Origin: Psilocybe cubensis
Lineage: Eukaryota
Direction of reading: 5' to 3'
Length of the DNA: 64,000 nt
Assembly (NCBI GenBank): GCA_017499595.2
Contig: CM039006.1
Coordinates: 2,542,001-2,606,000 of the forward strand
Both the position numbers and the translations under genes were made by a program. Positions 27,920 through 40,740 of this stretch are shown in pieces (position 1 is the stretch's first letter; every line of letters starts with the position of its first letter). The notes below the pieces were generated by a model. The model was not told where the DNA came from and did no database searches. It worked only from the letters and a program-made list of their open reading frames with translations.

Positions 27920-30900
27920 GGCGTCTCGTCTTCGTCGTCGTCGTCGTTGATGTGGACGTTGAATAGAGTGCTGCTGCCTCTGTTGAGAGAGTCAGTGCAA
28001 GAGGGAAAACAATTGAAGAAAAAAGTCCCTCGTACGACAGTCTCTCCATTTTTTTATTTCAACACCCACCATTTCATCACAGAGACCCCGAACACCCTTC
28101 CTTTTCTATTTCCGGAGTCCCGGTTACTTAAGGTTCCGTTTAGTTTAAATTTCTCCCTTCGTTACGCTCGTCACTTGTTCCCTGCCGACAATTCACCCTG
28201 GCAGCCATTTTTAGTACGCGTCGCCTAGCGCTGTCGATCCGTCAGCTGTGGGTCCTTCCTTTCCTCGCTTCGCTTATCTATGTCACTTTGTGAATATCGA
28301 CTGGGACGAGGAGGTGGACAGCCATCCGGTGAATCTCACTGCGAAATGTTATTCGCAGGGTTATATTTCTGCCTAGCACAACTCCAGTTCGGTCCCAATA
28401 CACTTCCACCGCACTCCCAGTACACTTTGATAAACTTCAAGTTCCAAGACCGGGGCGTCTGTGTCTGATTCTGAGCCTGGAGATAGATGTACGCCGATAG
28501 CATACCTTCAATTCTCCATGTCCATGTCCATGTCTCTCCACTACACCGAGTGCACGATAACGATAACGACACCATACCCAAAAAAACCAAAAAGCCCAAA
28601 ACACAGAAAGAAAAAGCCAAAGGAGATGATCCTATTAGCATGCGTACGACCACGCCGCGCCGCGCACCGCTCTTTAGAGGGCACATTTTTGCAGACCAGG
28701 GTACAGATGATACAAATATCACAAATCTCGCGGATGATCGTCGCGGGCGTTTGATTTCTGATCATGAATAATCATACTTCAAGCCTCAAGTACTACTAGA
28801 ACCACTACTACCACCGCACTACACCGCAGGGCAAGGGCAAATGCAAAGGTTCCATCACCATCATAAATTCAAAATTAACAACTACCCCGGTACACGAGTC
28901 CACATCAAATTTGGGTGAGCATGTATGTACGGGGCTTCTTTTGGAAAAGATTGGCCTCTTTTGGGAGTGATTGGTCTCTTGTAGAAGAGATTAGATATTT
29001 TGAATGGGAAGATGATTCAAAAGTTCCAATAGCGTTGTGCAGAAGTGGGGTATGTGGTCGGAGCAGAGTATGACTGCCTGAAAAAAACATAATTATACGG
29101 GTCGGATTGTTTACTTTAACTTAGCGTTCAGACACCTAGACTCCTATCCTAATACTCTTCGAGAACGAACACGAAAATGGGAAAGAGAACGGACACCTTA
29201 ATTCATAATCCAATCCTGATTTCATAATCTCAATCTCAATCCCAATCCCGATCCCATCACCCCCGCCCGCCCCGCCCGCCCCTTAAAAAAAGCCTTAAAA
29301 AATGCAATACTACTCGGTGTTATCCTGACATCCGACCATTTCCAGATATCAGAAACACCACAAGCCAAAAACGCCCTGAGGAAAAATTTGAAGAATGAAA
29401 GTCTGCATTAAGACTTACTACTAGTGACATCAAGTCTAACATTTGATACACAATACTCAAGCTCAGCCTAAAGCTCATCCTCAAGCTTCCCCAGCCCAAC
29501 CCAAGCCCTCCAAACCAATCCAACCTCAAAACATTGAAGCATCAAACCATCAAACCACAGAAACACAATTTTCTTGACTTTCTAATCTATTTCTTTAGTA
29601 TTTGTGGTGTTTGTGGTACCCCGGTTCGATGTAATACATTACGTAGCAGTAACCCATTACCCCATAATCCATACTATACACCCTATACCCTGAAAGCAGC
29701 AGAACAACTCCAAAAAAGCGAAAAAAAAAATGCTCTAAAGAACCATCACCATCACAATCCCAATCTCGCTCCCGTTCCGCTCGCCTATACAAGCGAACCA
29801 CGCGCCTACTCGATTACGCGCTACGCGAGCCGACGGTACACTAGTACTCATCCCTATACATCTCCCTAATGCATAAAATACGCGGAGTCACCCCACATCC
29901 GAGTCTGCTCCTTGCTCCCTGCTCATACTCGAATACATAATGTCATAGTTGCCTGATCGACAATCACCATCTCCTCGCCTATACCTCCCCGCTATCCCTC
30001 TACACTTAGGTTACTTAGCCTAGCTCGAGAGAGGGTTCGAAGAGAGGTGTCAATTGCACGCACCGGACTGCGCGCCGAGCAGATGAATAAATCAGCATAA
30101 ACGTAAATCTCAACTTCAACGCGCATGTATCCTACTAGTATTTCTTAACGCTAATAAATACATAAGCGCCAGTGCGAGGTATAGTATAAACAACCCTAAA
30201 TCTGAACACCCTGTGCGTGTTCAGCATCCTCACAAGCGCCCGATGCTCATCGCATCGTCTCCCCTGCCGGCGGCTATTCTCAATCTCAATCCTATGCTAA
30301 GCGCTAGCGGGATATACAATGCAATAAGCGAGATAAGCGAGACAGGGCAGGACACAGAGTACATACTCACGCCGAAGATGTGGGGTGCCGGAGCAGTCAA
30401 CAGAAAACGTGGAAGTGGAACGTGGAGCGGGCGCCAATGTACGACGATCCTTTAGACTGTCCATCTCCCATCACCACGCCAGTCAATTAAAGTCCGCCCA
30501 CGTCAGATATCAGATATCCTTCTCCTCCCGCCGGACTGCGCCGTATCCGTGATTCCGTATCCATATCCGTACCTGATGATGATATGAATATTGACAAGTA
30601 TAAGTAAAAGTATATTCTTCTTTTAAGCCTGCGTCATACCGGTCTACAGTGTATAATTACACTTGAAGCATGAAGTTTGATCTGTTTGAACTGCTTCAAG
30701 TTAGAAATTGGAAGTTGGAAGAATGAAGCTTGAAGGATGACTCGGAGAAGATGACGATGCAGTCGTACGTGCGTTTCATGCTATAATACGTTGATATCAC
30801 TGCATTCCTCTTCTGCAATTCTCCAGAAGGTGCCGGGCCCGGTCAGCAACTTTCTAAAGCACTCAAATATAAACATCGATAACACTCGATGTATATCCAA

Positions 30901-33900
30901 ATCCACAAATCACAACTCCGGATATTCCAGGCTCAGTCGGACATTGGATCTAGCCTGAATTGTCCCAAGAGTCCTGTTCGGTTATATTCTTGTTTTGACC
31001 GTCTCCAAAGCGCACTTGATGGCTGCTTAAAGCTGTCCAATCCCCAAGTTTACCCAAACTCATCATCGTCATCATATCACACAGACCATCGTGCTATATT
31101 CAGACTGCAACATGAATGTAATGTATCATGAACACCAACAATAGCAGTGATAGCGATAGCGCCTATCACCTGAAAAGGAACCTCTCACCACCTCCCACCT
31201 GCCTCCTAGCGCAACGGGCTCGGAGGTAGCACACAGCCATTTCCTGGAAATACAGCTCATTCTGAGCTTGCATCTACACTACCGGTGATTAAAGCTCGAG
31301 AATGGACCCCAGACACTGAACTATCTCCCTCAATCCCCTGCGCACAATGTACGCAGGGTGTTTTTCGCTTTTCAAATTCGAAAAGTTAAAAATGGCTGGG
31401 GATATGTATAGGGTCGTTGGTATATATTGTCACAGATGAAAATACGGCATTTAATTTAATTGAATTTTCAAATGCAATTGTATCTTATATCACTCGCTAG
31501 AACTCTGTTCTGAGCTCATTAGGATGACGATAGTGCCTACATAGTATATTCTAGCGCTAACCTTAATCATCCAACCCACTGGGTCCCAGCGCGCTTCGCG
31601 TGGCGCGCGTAGCCAACGCGTGATCTCAGGGTCTCAACGACACCCTGAGTCCAGAGAGTCCAGACCTCCCTTCAATGAAGTTCAATCAGTCGCCCACAAC
31701 TCACCGAAGCACCATGTCCACAAGTGCGCATTAATGATTACGAAGAAGGAGCACACAAATTAAATGTACAGCATCAACACATAAGAAGGCACGCTAGGCT
31801 CGCCTCCCCCACACACGTTTAAATTGGGGGTGGTCGTGGCTAACAGACACACGTAAGGCTGGGTTGATATGTCGCTGATAGCGATAGCGATAACGCGTAA
31901 TGCGAAAAATGGATAATGCGATTGGGGCTAGTAACAATTCCGCGCTAGTTCGTAGACTATGCGTCAACAAAGCGGTCTGCTGAGTCGTCGCATGACTAGT
32001 GTCTAATTGTCTGAACCTGCTGCGTTGTTCAGGGACTCATATAACTCCTCAGCATCTTACGAACCACATCTACATTCCATTAAACACAAATTGACTGGGT
32101 GTAAAGGTGTTTCTACACCTCTTTGTAAAATCTGCTCCATGATATTGATATTAAAGTCTTCCAGTCTCTATTGAATCAACTCCATAATAATCGGAAGCTG
32201 GGCGTTGGGGTTGGAGTGGCTGCCGACTGTCGGCTGTGCAATTCCTCCCATCCTCCAGAAGATCTCCTGTTTTGACGGCGAGAATGTGAACTTGGGGATG
32301 AGCAGAGATAGAACGACTTCTATGAAACAGGATTCATTTTCTTAGTGTGCATAGCTTGAAGCTGAAAATAAATTCTCACTCATTTCAAGCTGGGAAAACT
32401 TGAATCCGCTGAGAAGAGAATAGACAATGAGCAAGCAATCCCCGCCACCACCTTCCAACGACACGACTTACATGCACGCTCTACTCCCACCAATAAATGT
32501 CATCCTAGAATATACACAAGCCATTCAGATACAGAAACACAATATGCTAACATCAGCAACAAGAAAAGAGCAAATGGCGGACCCACAAATTGGAATAGAC
32601 GCCCGGGAGATGCGCACGGGCCACACTTTCCGGCAACGGCTCGAGCCAGCGCTCGGGCCTCCACTCCTCCGCGTCCGGTCCCCATATCTCAGGATCGCGG
32701 TTGCACGCCATGATACCTATGGTGACGGTGGTATTCTTCGGCACTGCGACAGCTGGGATCTCCTGTCCGTCAATGCCCTTGATGGGTTTTGATAGGGATA
32801 GCATGACGTCCTGTGTCGTGCTGCAGGTATGGTATGGTATGATATAGTTACTACGTGCCAGAATTGAACCCGTATAATGCGGGACGGATACTTACCACCT
32901 CGAGACACGGGTAACGGGCGGATGGCTATCCGTAAAATTCAACACGGCTGATTCCAAACGGAGCGTCGATAGTACTTACAGTCTCAGCGTCTCGCGGCAT
33001 ATAGCGTCGAGGTACGGCAGACCCACCAGCTCATCGTACGTTAAATCGCGACCACCTACCTCGTCGCGTGCGGTCTCTAGCTCGCTCCGTAGTTTATCCT
33101 GTACATCCGGGTGCAGCACGAGCAGGTGAAAGATCCGGGAGAGTGCGCTGGATGTGGTATCGGTCGCTGCAAATATAAATGTCCTACAGCGCCCCAAAAC
33201 GAGCGGGGGTGTAAGCTTCTTCCTGGATAAAGAAATGGTGAGATGGCGATGTGAAAATACGCACGACATTTGGCCTAGCACCTCTTCCTCTGGAAGTCGG
33301 TCCGCACTCGACGCCTTCATGTTTTCTCTAACTAAGAAAATGAAAGAAAAACATCAGGACAATAACCCATCATTTCCCGTGCAAAGCACAAGAACATACT
33401 GAGAATACTGAGCAGATCCTTCCCCTGCCCTACCTGCTTCGCAACAGCCTCGTCTCCTTCAGACAGCGCGCGTTTCTTCGATTCGAATATATCAACAGAC
33501 ACATTGTGCAGCACATATGAGATATCATGAGCATCGTGAAGAGGCTGCCATGGTATCCATTTCGCGATGATGCCTCGCATGCGCGGTGTACCGATCTTCA
33601 CGAGGTGGGGGAGCAAGTACCTAGCAGGTAGAAATATCTTCATTCCGGCAGGACTGTTGGTCAAAGATAAATAATATGCCCGCGTTCAGGGATTAGCCTC
33701 ATCTAAATAACGAACAAATGACCAGAGGATTGACGCACCCAATTCCTTTGATCGCGGTGATGTATGGATGTGGAACGGCCTTGCTGGTGAGAGGGTCGAA
33801 TGAGTATCCTAGCCCTCCTTGACCAATGAGCTCAAGGGCAGCGCGGGACATCCACTCTAAAAGGTCTATCTAGATTCAAAAAGTTAGCAATGGGGTGTTT

Positions 33901-35059
33901 TAAGTCCAGATTGAGAACTCACCTCCGTCGGTCCATTCTTTGCCTCTTTTTGCAAAGTCTCAAGAAGCTTATACATCACATTGTAGAAAACAGGGACTGA
34001 GGATGTTGTATTAGTGTGACGATTTTTTAAAGGCATGTACCTGCGAAATGACGTACTCATCTCACGCAGGTGTGCGATTGAGAAAACGGGATTGAGCATT
34101 TTTCGCTGTCTGCGATGCCGGTCCCCTATGCAGAAAATTGGTTAAAGTTATGACTTGTTTGAGTGGAGTTAATTAGATGAAAGCGCGTACATACCGAGTG
34201 TTCCAAGCAGGCCAGGTCCGAAGACTAACGTGTTGAGACTTGCAATTCTATGTTACTCGAAAGAATCTGTGAACGCGTCCGAACTCACTGAATAAACCCT
34301 TGTGTCTCCTCGAAAATGTGTTGATCCTTTCAGGAAAGTCAAGTCAAGTAAATAACTGGCTTTTAATTCAGTATCACGAGGATCAAACAAACCTTTGTAA
34401 ATATCTGTTGCAAAGCTTTGGGGTCGAAGACGTAAAGTTGGTTTTCCTATAACGCAATTGCTTCGTAAACACGATTGACCATTGACGTAAGGTAGTCGCC
34501 TACTCCAAACAAGCCTTTTATCTTGATTACACTGCCATCTATAGTCCTTTGAGCATTTCCTCGCGTATTCAGCGAAAAGAACCCTACATTTCTTGATTAT
34601 TTCATGGTGAAAACACCACGCATTGGGTCCTGCGCAAATAGACCACCTTAAAGTGTAGTATAGTATACCTGACATACCACCAAGATACGTACCCTACATA
34701 CCACCTAATTCAACAACCAACATCATATTTGTACTTTTCTCATAAGACACCGGTAAATGTGTATTCAAGTTAACCCATACCTACACCTACTATATATCAT
34801 CAATCTACATCTGAAACCTCTAATCCAAAAACAGTATTCATTGGGTATAGAATGAGCGTTCAGCTCATTTGACATCTGACGGGTCAAAATTCAAAATAGA
34901 TTTCTCACAAGACAGTGATCGTGAGAAAGGTCATGTGAGCGTCGGGACTTTGACATTTACATTTAGAAAGCTGCAATCAACTTGAACGCGAGGCTTGTAT
35001 TGAGATGAATAAAACTTGAAACATTGTAGATTTTGCATCTGAGATCTGAGAATGTGATT

Positions 35060-35910
35060 TATACATGCTAGAAAGGAGCGCGGAAATCCACATTTGGAAG
35101 GCTGAAGGTTGCATGAATATACATCTAGAAATGTTATTTGATGCCTCTTGGTGTCGGAATCAAAATGACATCTGTGAGCAGTAAATTAACCACAATAACA
35201 TCTGTGAATGAGGTTTAGTTTGCTGGAAGGGGCGTATAAATCAACATTTGGAAGGTTAAATCTTGCATAAATACAGATCTGGCAATGCTATTTGACGGTC
35301 CTCGGACTCGGAATTAAAACAGCATCTGGCAGGCTCAACATTGCATGAATACACATCTGGAAATGTTATTTGATGCCTCTCGGAGCCGGAATCAAAATGA
35401 CATCTGTGGCCAGTAAATTAACCACAATAACATCTGAGAATGAGGTATATGCTTGCTTGAAGCGGTGTGTAAATCAACATTTGGAAGGTTAAATCTTGCA
35501 TAAATACACATCTGGCAATGTTATTTGACGGTCCTCGGACTCGGAATTAAAACAGCATCTGGAAGGCTCAACATTGCATGAATACACATCTGGAAATGTT
35601 ATTTGATGCCTCTCGGAGCCGGAATCAAAATGACATCTGTGGACAGTAAATTAACCACAATAACATCTGAGAATGAGGTATATGCTTGCTTGAAGCGGTG
35701 TGTAAATCAACATTTGGAAGGTTAAATCTTGCATAAATACACATCTGACAATGTTATTTGCTGTCCCTCGGATTCAGAATCAAAACGGCATTTGTAAGGT
35801 TCAATGGGCCATGAATACACATCTTGCAATGTTATTTGACCCCCCTTGGAGACGGAAACAAAAAGAGATCTATGAGGCCATAAATCATGTTATATATAAT
35901 CTGAGAATGC
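35060..35910. repeat. Subterminal tandem array: 233-bp unit, about 3.5 copies, built from roughly 78-bp sub-repeats
   Basis: AAATCAACATTTGGAAGGTTAAATCTTGCATAAATACA starts at 35238, 35471 and 35704. ACATCTG and AATGTTATTTGA sub-motifs recur. Array ends are approximate. Confidence 0.9.
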
Positions 35911-36040
35911 CTATCAGATGCGCTCAACATTGCTGTGCCAAAATTAATTGTTAGACCTTGAACCAGCACAAATTTCCATTCGAAAGTTTGACTTGACAAT
36001 GTAGGATATGATTTGCATACACTATCTGTACTCTACTGAG

Positions 36041-39000
36041 CTATGCAGTATCAATCTGCATAGTATCATTAACATCATCAATTCCATATGTAACAACCTT
36101 GATGCCTTTTAATCTCGCCTTCAATTCTTCCCCAAGGCGAGTGAAAGAGACCATCATTAGATGTGTCTCACGTGAAAATTTCCCTCGTGGTCGGTGATCA
36201 TTGTAGATATCGCTTGCGGTCAGCATTGTTGCCGAAGTGAAAAGCTTGATCACAAATGCGCGGATGCGAGGCGGAAATACATCAGTCTTCATTGTTTCTT
36301 CAACGCTTTGAAGTTTGGGATTGGTTGATCGGATTGACAGTGTCTTCCAGAAGTAAAAGTCAAGGAGGACATCGTCTATAAGGCATCCACAATTCATGTG
36401 GCCTTCCTGAGGCGCAGCGCTATAGTCCGCACGGTAGGCCACTCCAGCTATATGGGTTTCGTTATCGCACTTCTTCACCATCGAGCTACGTTCGTGATAG
36501 CGGCACACTAGGTTGAGGTGAGAGGTCATGTGAATCCCAAGTGCAACTTGGCGGTGTGTAATGCACAGCTCAGGATGCATAAACTGAAGCATTCGTAACG
36601 CTTTACGATGCTTGACCTTCAGACTTGGGAGTTTTCCGGTTTCTAGGAACTCTTGAATAGAATTCTGAGCCCCATCTACTAAACTTTAGTGATCCATATA
36701 AGTAGAATAAAGCTGTAAAACAACGCACCACTAAGCGCCTGAAGCTCCGCACCAGTCATCCTAGTATACGCCTCCATTGCCTTTCTAAAATCACCAGCAA
36801 TTCCATCCTCTCCAAAAGCACCGGACAATGAATCTTCCCCCTCTGCCACCGAGGGAATTTTGGGGACTAGAACATCTGGAACAGATCCTGTTGGCTGATG
36901 TGCAGATTTCTCTGGCCTCTTTCGAGTGTTCAGCTGATCACGAATGGAAGACAACTCTTGCTCAATGGTACGTAGCTTTTCTTGAATATCTGCAAGATTT
37001 TGACTTGTCGCCGTCTTGAGAGAATTGGAAACAAGGGTCCTTTCCTTTCTCAAAACTTTCCGTCGATCCTCAAGGGGCTTGCGGTTCTGCTGCTCTCGAT
37101 ACGCACGTTCATGCTGGATAATTGCAGCTTGAAGTTCGCCCATCCGTGCAGTTGCTTTCTGACAAATATCATGGTTTGAATCGATAGCTTGCAAAGCACC
37201 ACGTATCTCGTCCATGGTTCTTTGTTTTGGGCTGCATATATCAGCCTCTAGCTCAGCTGTCTTGCAGTTAACCGAAGCAAGGAACTGGGAAATTTGCTCA
37301 AGCTCTGCCGTAATCTGTTTCTGCAATGGTGGAAGCGACCCGGAAAGTGGGGGCGAGATAAGAGACATCATGGCTAAATCAAAGATTTTCTTAGCTTATA
37401 GTTATAATGAGAATTGTAAATGCGAACCAGTTTGATGTTCTCTGTTGTCTGAGACAGGTATAGCCTTTAAATCCCTCATCTGTATTCGGTAGTATCCATC
37501 AGATGATAGGTTACACTTCAAGTCTTTGGATTACATTACCTTCTTTGTCTTTCTTTCAGATATATTAAGCTCCTTGCTACCAGTTACAATTTTATCGAGG
37601 TCTTGTAAGTCAGTGTCTTTGAATAGTTCCATTGCCTCAATAAAAGAATAGTCAATATAAAGTTGGAACCGCTAGTGTGGAACTGAAATTACCTCCTTAT
37701 TATGGTCCTCTAACCGATTTGATTGGGTTTCAGCATCGTCAACTGAGGTCGTTGGCACGGTCTGGCAATGAGTAAGAGTTAGATTTAACATATAGACATA
37801 TAGATTTGTGCAAAATGGCGTTCGGGACTCCAGATTTCGCAGTGGCATCATATCACATTCTAGAATGTTAAATTGTCAAACACTGAGTATAACTCAGCAC
37901 TAAACCCAGTGAGATGCGATTTGGCATCTCAAAATGGAGATTTGGTTATATCTCCTCAGAATCAAGACACGCAATTTGGCACTGCAGATGTAGAATCCCC
38001 AAAAACAATATGCACGTACCATAATTGCATCGTCATTTACGTTCCCAGTATTCTGCACCACACATAAGCCAATATTTGACTTTGCACCGGTGCATATCAT
38101 ACCTTATCACTTGTAGTCTCTACTACGTTATGTTTCTGAGAGTTCCCATTGATCATCACATTTGAACATGGCGCTTCCTATCACGGAGAAGAGTTGTATT
38201 AGGTTCAAGTTCATGCAATTGAGAAATAAGATGATAAAACACACCATTGGGTTTGACGTGTCTGTGTCAATTTCCATCATCCGGGAACCGTGATCCGGTG
38301 CTGTACTGGTAGAATTATGAACACCAGAAGAAGGAAAAGCTGCTGCGCTGTCAGCAGGGGTGCTAATAGGTGAATTGGCAGCCGGAGATGACGTTGAAGA
38401 GGGCCTAGGATCCATGGAATCATTTGAAGATGTTTCACCAGTAGGAGCAAAATTCGGAGCGGATAATGTAGTAGAAAGGGTTTGAGCAGTAGAAATCGAA
38501 GTCGGCAATTCCACAGCAGGCAATTTGAGGGCAGAAATGGAGGCAGACAGGAGTGCAGAAACGGGTGAGCCAGAAGCAAGACTGGGATCAGGCAATGCCG
38601 CAGCAGCAAAGTGAGTGACAGGTGAATTCTGCAGTATTGGATCAATCATGTCTTGCTGATCCAGCACGATTGCATTGCCCAGGCTATCACCCTAACAAAA
38701 ACAATACGTAGATTAGTTTTTAGGTCTTTAAAATATCCAGTAACACACCTTTGTGGTGTTGAGAGCTGGAATCTCTTCCATTTGTACGTTAACTTGCTCT
38801 CGCTTCACTTTCTTTCCACGGGGACCGTCAAATCTTGTCTCATAGGTCTCTCGGAGCCTCTTAACCTTCTCTTGAGCATCATGCAAGCGCTCTTGATCCT
38901 GCGCCGACAGTCCCTTAGGTGGCGCTGCCTTGCGCAAAGGCTGTTTTTTGGACTTTGAGGGTAGCAAGGACTGCATTAGCTCCTCGCATTCCTTCTCTGC

Positions 39001-39161
39001 CGCAACTATAGACAATTTGGAAATCAAAACAGACATTATAAACTGCAAATATCTTACCTAGCTCGGCTCTCTGCACCTCCGCATCGAGGTAGGAGAAATC
39101 TGCATTGTATTAGACCAATATCATCGATAGCGCCCAATGACTTACCAAACTCTGTTTGCAT
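36041..39161 (-). CDS. Transposon cargo ORF-A: uncharacterised multi-exon protein with Ser/Pro-rich and coiled-coil regions
   Basis: ATG at 39161 gives MQTEF|DFSYLDAEVQRAEL|VAAEKECEELMQ through canonical GT-AG joins. Large exons match ORFs 38728-39048, 38128-38667, 36679-37371 (heptad-rich) and 36041-36592 (HMNCGC..DFYFWK). The internal small exons were not fully resolved. Confidence 0.7.
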
Positions 39162-39419
39162 TGTACGTTCAAACCTCCAAAAATGACAATATAAGATGTG
39201 GAATTGTTCAAGCGTCGTCAAATTCTACCAGGTCTGTATCAAACAATTTGAAAAGTCACTCAATGTACATTTCAAAATGTCATTTTATGCTGTGGTGTAG
39301 AAAATATAGCATTGAAGAATGTAAATTACATACCAACAGGATGTCGGCTCAGCCCATGTGAGATGTCTTGGAATGTGTAATTCCCAATTCCCAAACTGGA
39401 TGCACCAGTAAAGCACACA

Positions 39420-39830
39420 TTCCAGTCCGTTTAGTCGCATCAGGCTGCGTTGACTCGCATCAGATCGCATCCCAATCTCATATATGGTCCAAGCGGAATT
39501 CACACTTTCCAGTCTGTTTAGTCACATCAGGTTGCATTGAGTCGCATCAGGTCGGATTTGCATGAGGTTGCGTTGAATTGCATGAGGTCGTATCCCGATC
39601 TCATACATGGTCCAAGCGGAATTTCAGGTAGTTGAAGCGAAGGCCAGCCACCAAGTACAAGATTGGATAGCCCTTACCCACCGGGTCCGCTTTAACTTCC
39701 ACCTTGCATCTCTTCCCCCCTTTCCACCACGAGGTCATGTGGGTCAAGAATATATAGCCCTTACCCACCGCGTCTGCTTTAACTTCCATCTTGCATATCT
39801 TTCCCTCTTTCCACCGCAAGGCCGTGTGGG
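39420..39830. repeat. Short imperfect direct repeats in the divergent intergenic region between cargo ORF-A and ORF-B
   Basis: CCAGTCyGTTTAGTCrCATCAGGyTGC occurs twice (~39422, ~39509), ATGGTCCAAGCGGAATT twice, and ATAGCCCTTACCCACCG..TTTAACTTCCAyCTTGCAT twice about 87 bp apart. Confidence 0.75.
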
Positions 39831-39854
39831 TCACCGTTTAGTTTTACTTAGGAG

Positions 39855-40740
39855 ATGTCTTCTCAAGGTAAGGTTCCTATCTCCTCAGTCTTTTTGTTAC
39901 TGCTTACTTATTTCTATTGTCAGACTCTGATAAAGGTCAGCTCGTGTAGACCGTCTCACTATGAAGTATTGAACTGACAGCTTATGTATGTAGATGTGCC
40001 TTGCATTGAATGTCAATGTAAGGACTGCCAGTGTCATTGTCATTGTTCTGGTGCAACTGGAGATGAGCTTCCACCACCCGATGAGAGGTGGTATAGCGTA
40101 GTAGTTGGACGGTCTCCTGGCGTTGTCCAGGGACAGTAAGTCTTCTGTTTAACTTCTTGATTCTGAATGCTTATCTTGACTACAGGGACCATGCAGAGCG
40201 TAACTGGAGGGGTGTATCTGGAGGTGCTGCTTTTTACTGTCCAGATAGGCCTAGTGCAGAGCAGCATTTTGTCTCTGCCTTGCATCGTGGCGAAGCTGTT
40301 CATGTCATTCCTGAGGTTCGGATTAGACTTGGTAGTCAAGACCGTGCCACGCTTCCCGGATTCCGTGTGCATGACCCTTGTAAGTTTTCTAATCTTTCTG
40401 CTTCATATTTTAAATTATTTACTCCTTCCAATTAGATAGTCCTGAGAACGCAACTTGGGTTGTTGTTTCAGTGGGGCGAGAGCCCGGGATCTACCTTATT
40501 GACTCCAGGTGTGTTTCAATCACTCTTTGTTAGTCCCGGTTCTCAAATAATGTATACAGCTATTCTGGATATGGTCTTACCCTTACCTCCAACGTGAACG
40601 GGGTTAGTGGCGGCCATGTCATTAAATTTAAAAGCAGGTCTGCCGCCGTAGAGGAGTTTGAACGCATGTTGTCGGTGTCATTGATTGTCCGTGTTGTTAC
40701 CGAAGTTAGAGCAGTACTTATGTCTGATGGTGTGGAGTAA
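39855..40740 (+). CDS. Transposon cargo ORF-B: 204-aa protein with a Cys/His-rich N-terminus and two RNase H1 N-terminal-like (hybrid-binding/Cauli_VI-like) domains
   Basis: Six exons (39855-39867, 39924-39935, 39994-40135, 40186-40379, 40436-40508, 40560-40740; 615 nt). Motifs: CIECQCKDCQCHCHC; WYSVVVGRSPGVVQG..NWRGVSGGAAFYCPDRPSAEQHF; WVVVSVGREPGIYL..NVNGVSGGHVIKFKSRSAAVEEF. Confidence 0.8.

Noticed and set aside
31330-31660. Short hairpins (CCCTGCG..CGCAGGG; CTCAGGGT..ACCCTGAG) as a possible ncRNA
   Set aside because: The stems are only 7-8 bp and no tRNA, snoRNA or snRNA boxes were recognised.
35060-35910. Regularly spaced repeats suggestive of a CRISPR array
   Set aside because: The sequences between the conserved cores are themselves repeated, the context is eukaryotic and no cas genes are present. 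It is a transposon subterminal tandem repeat.
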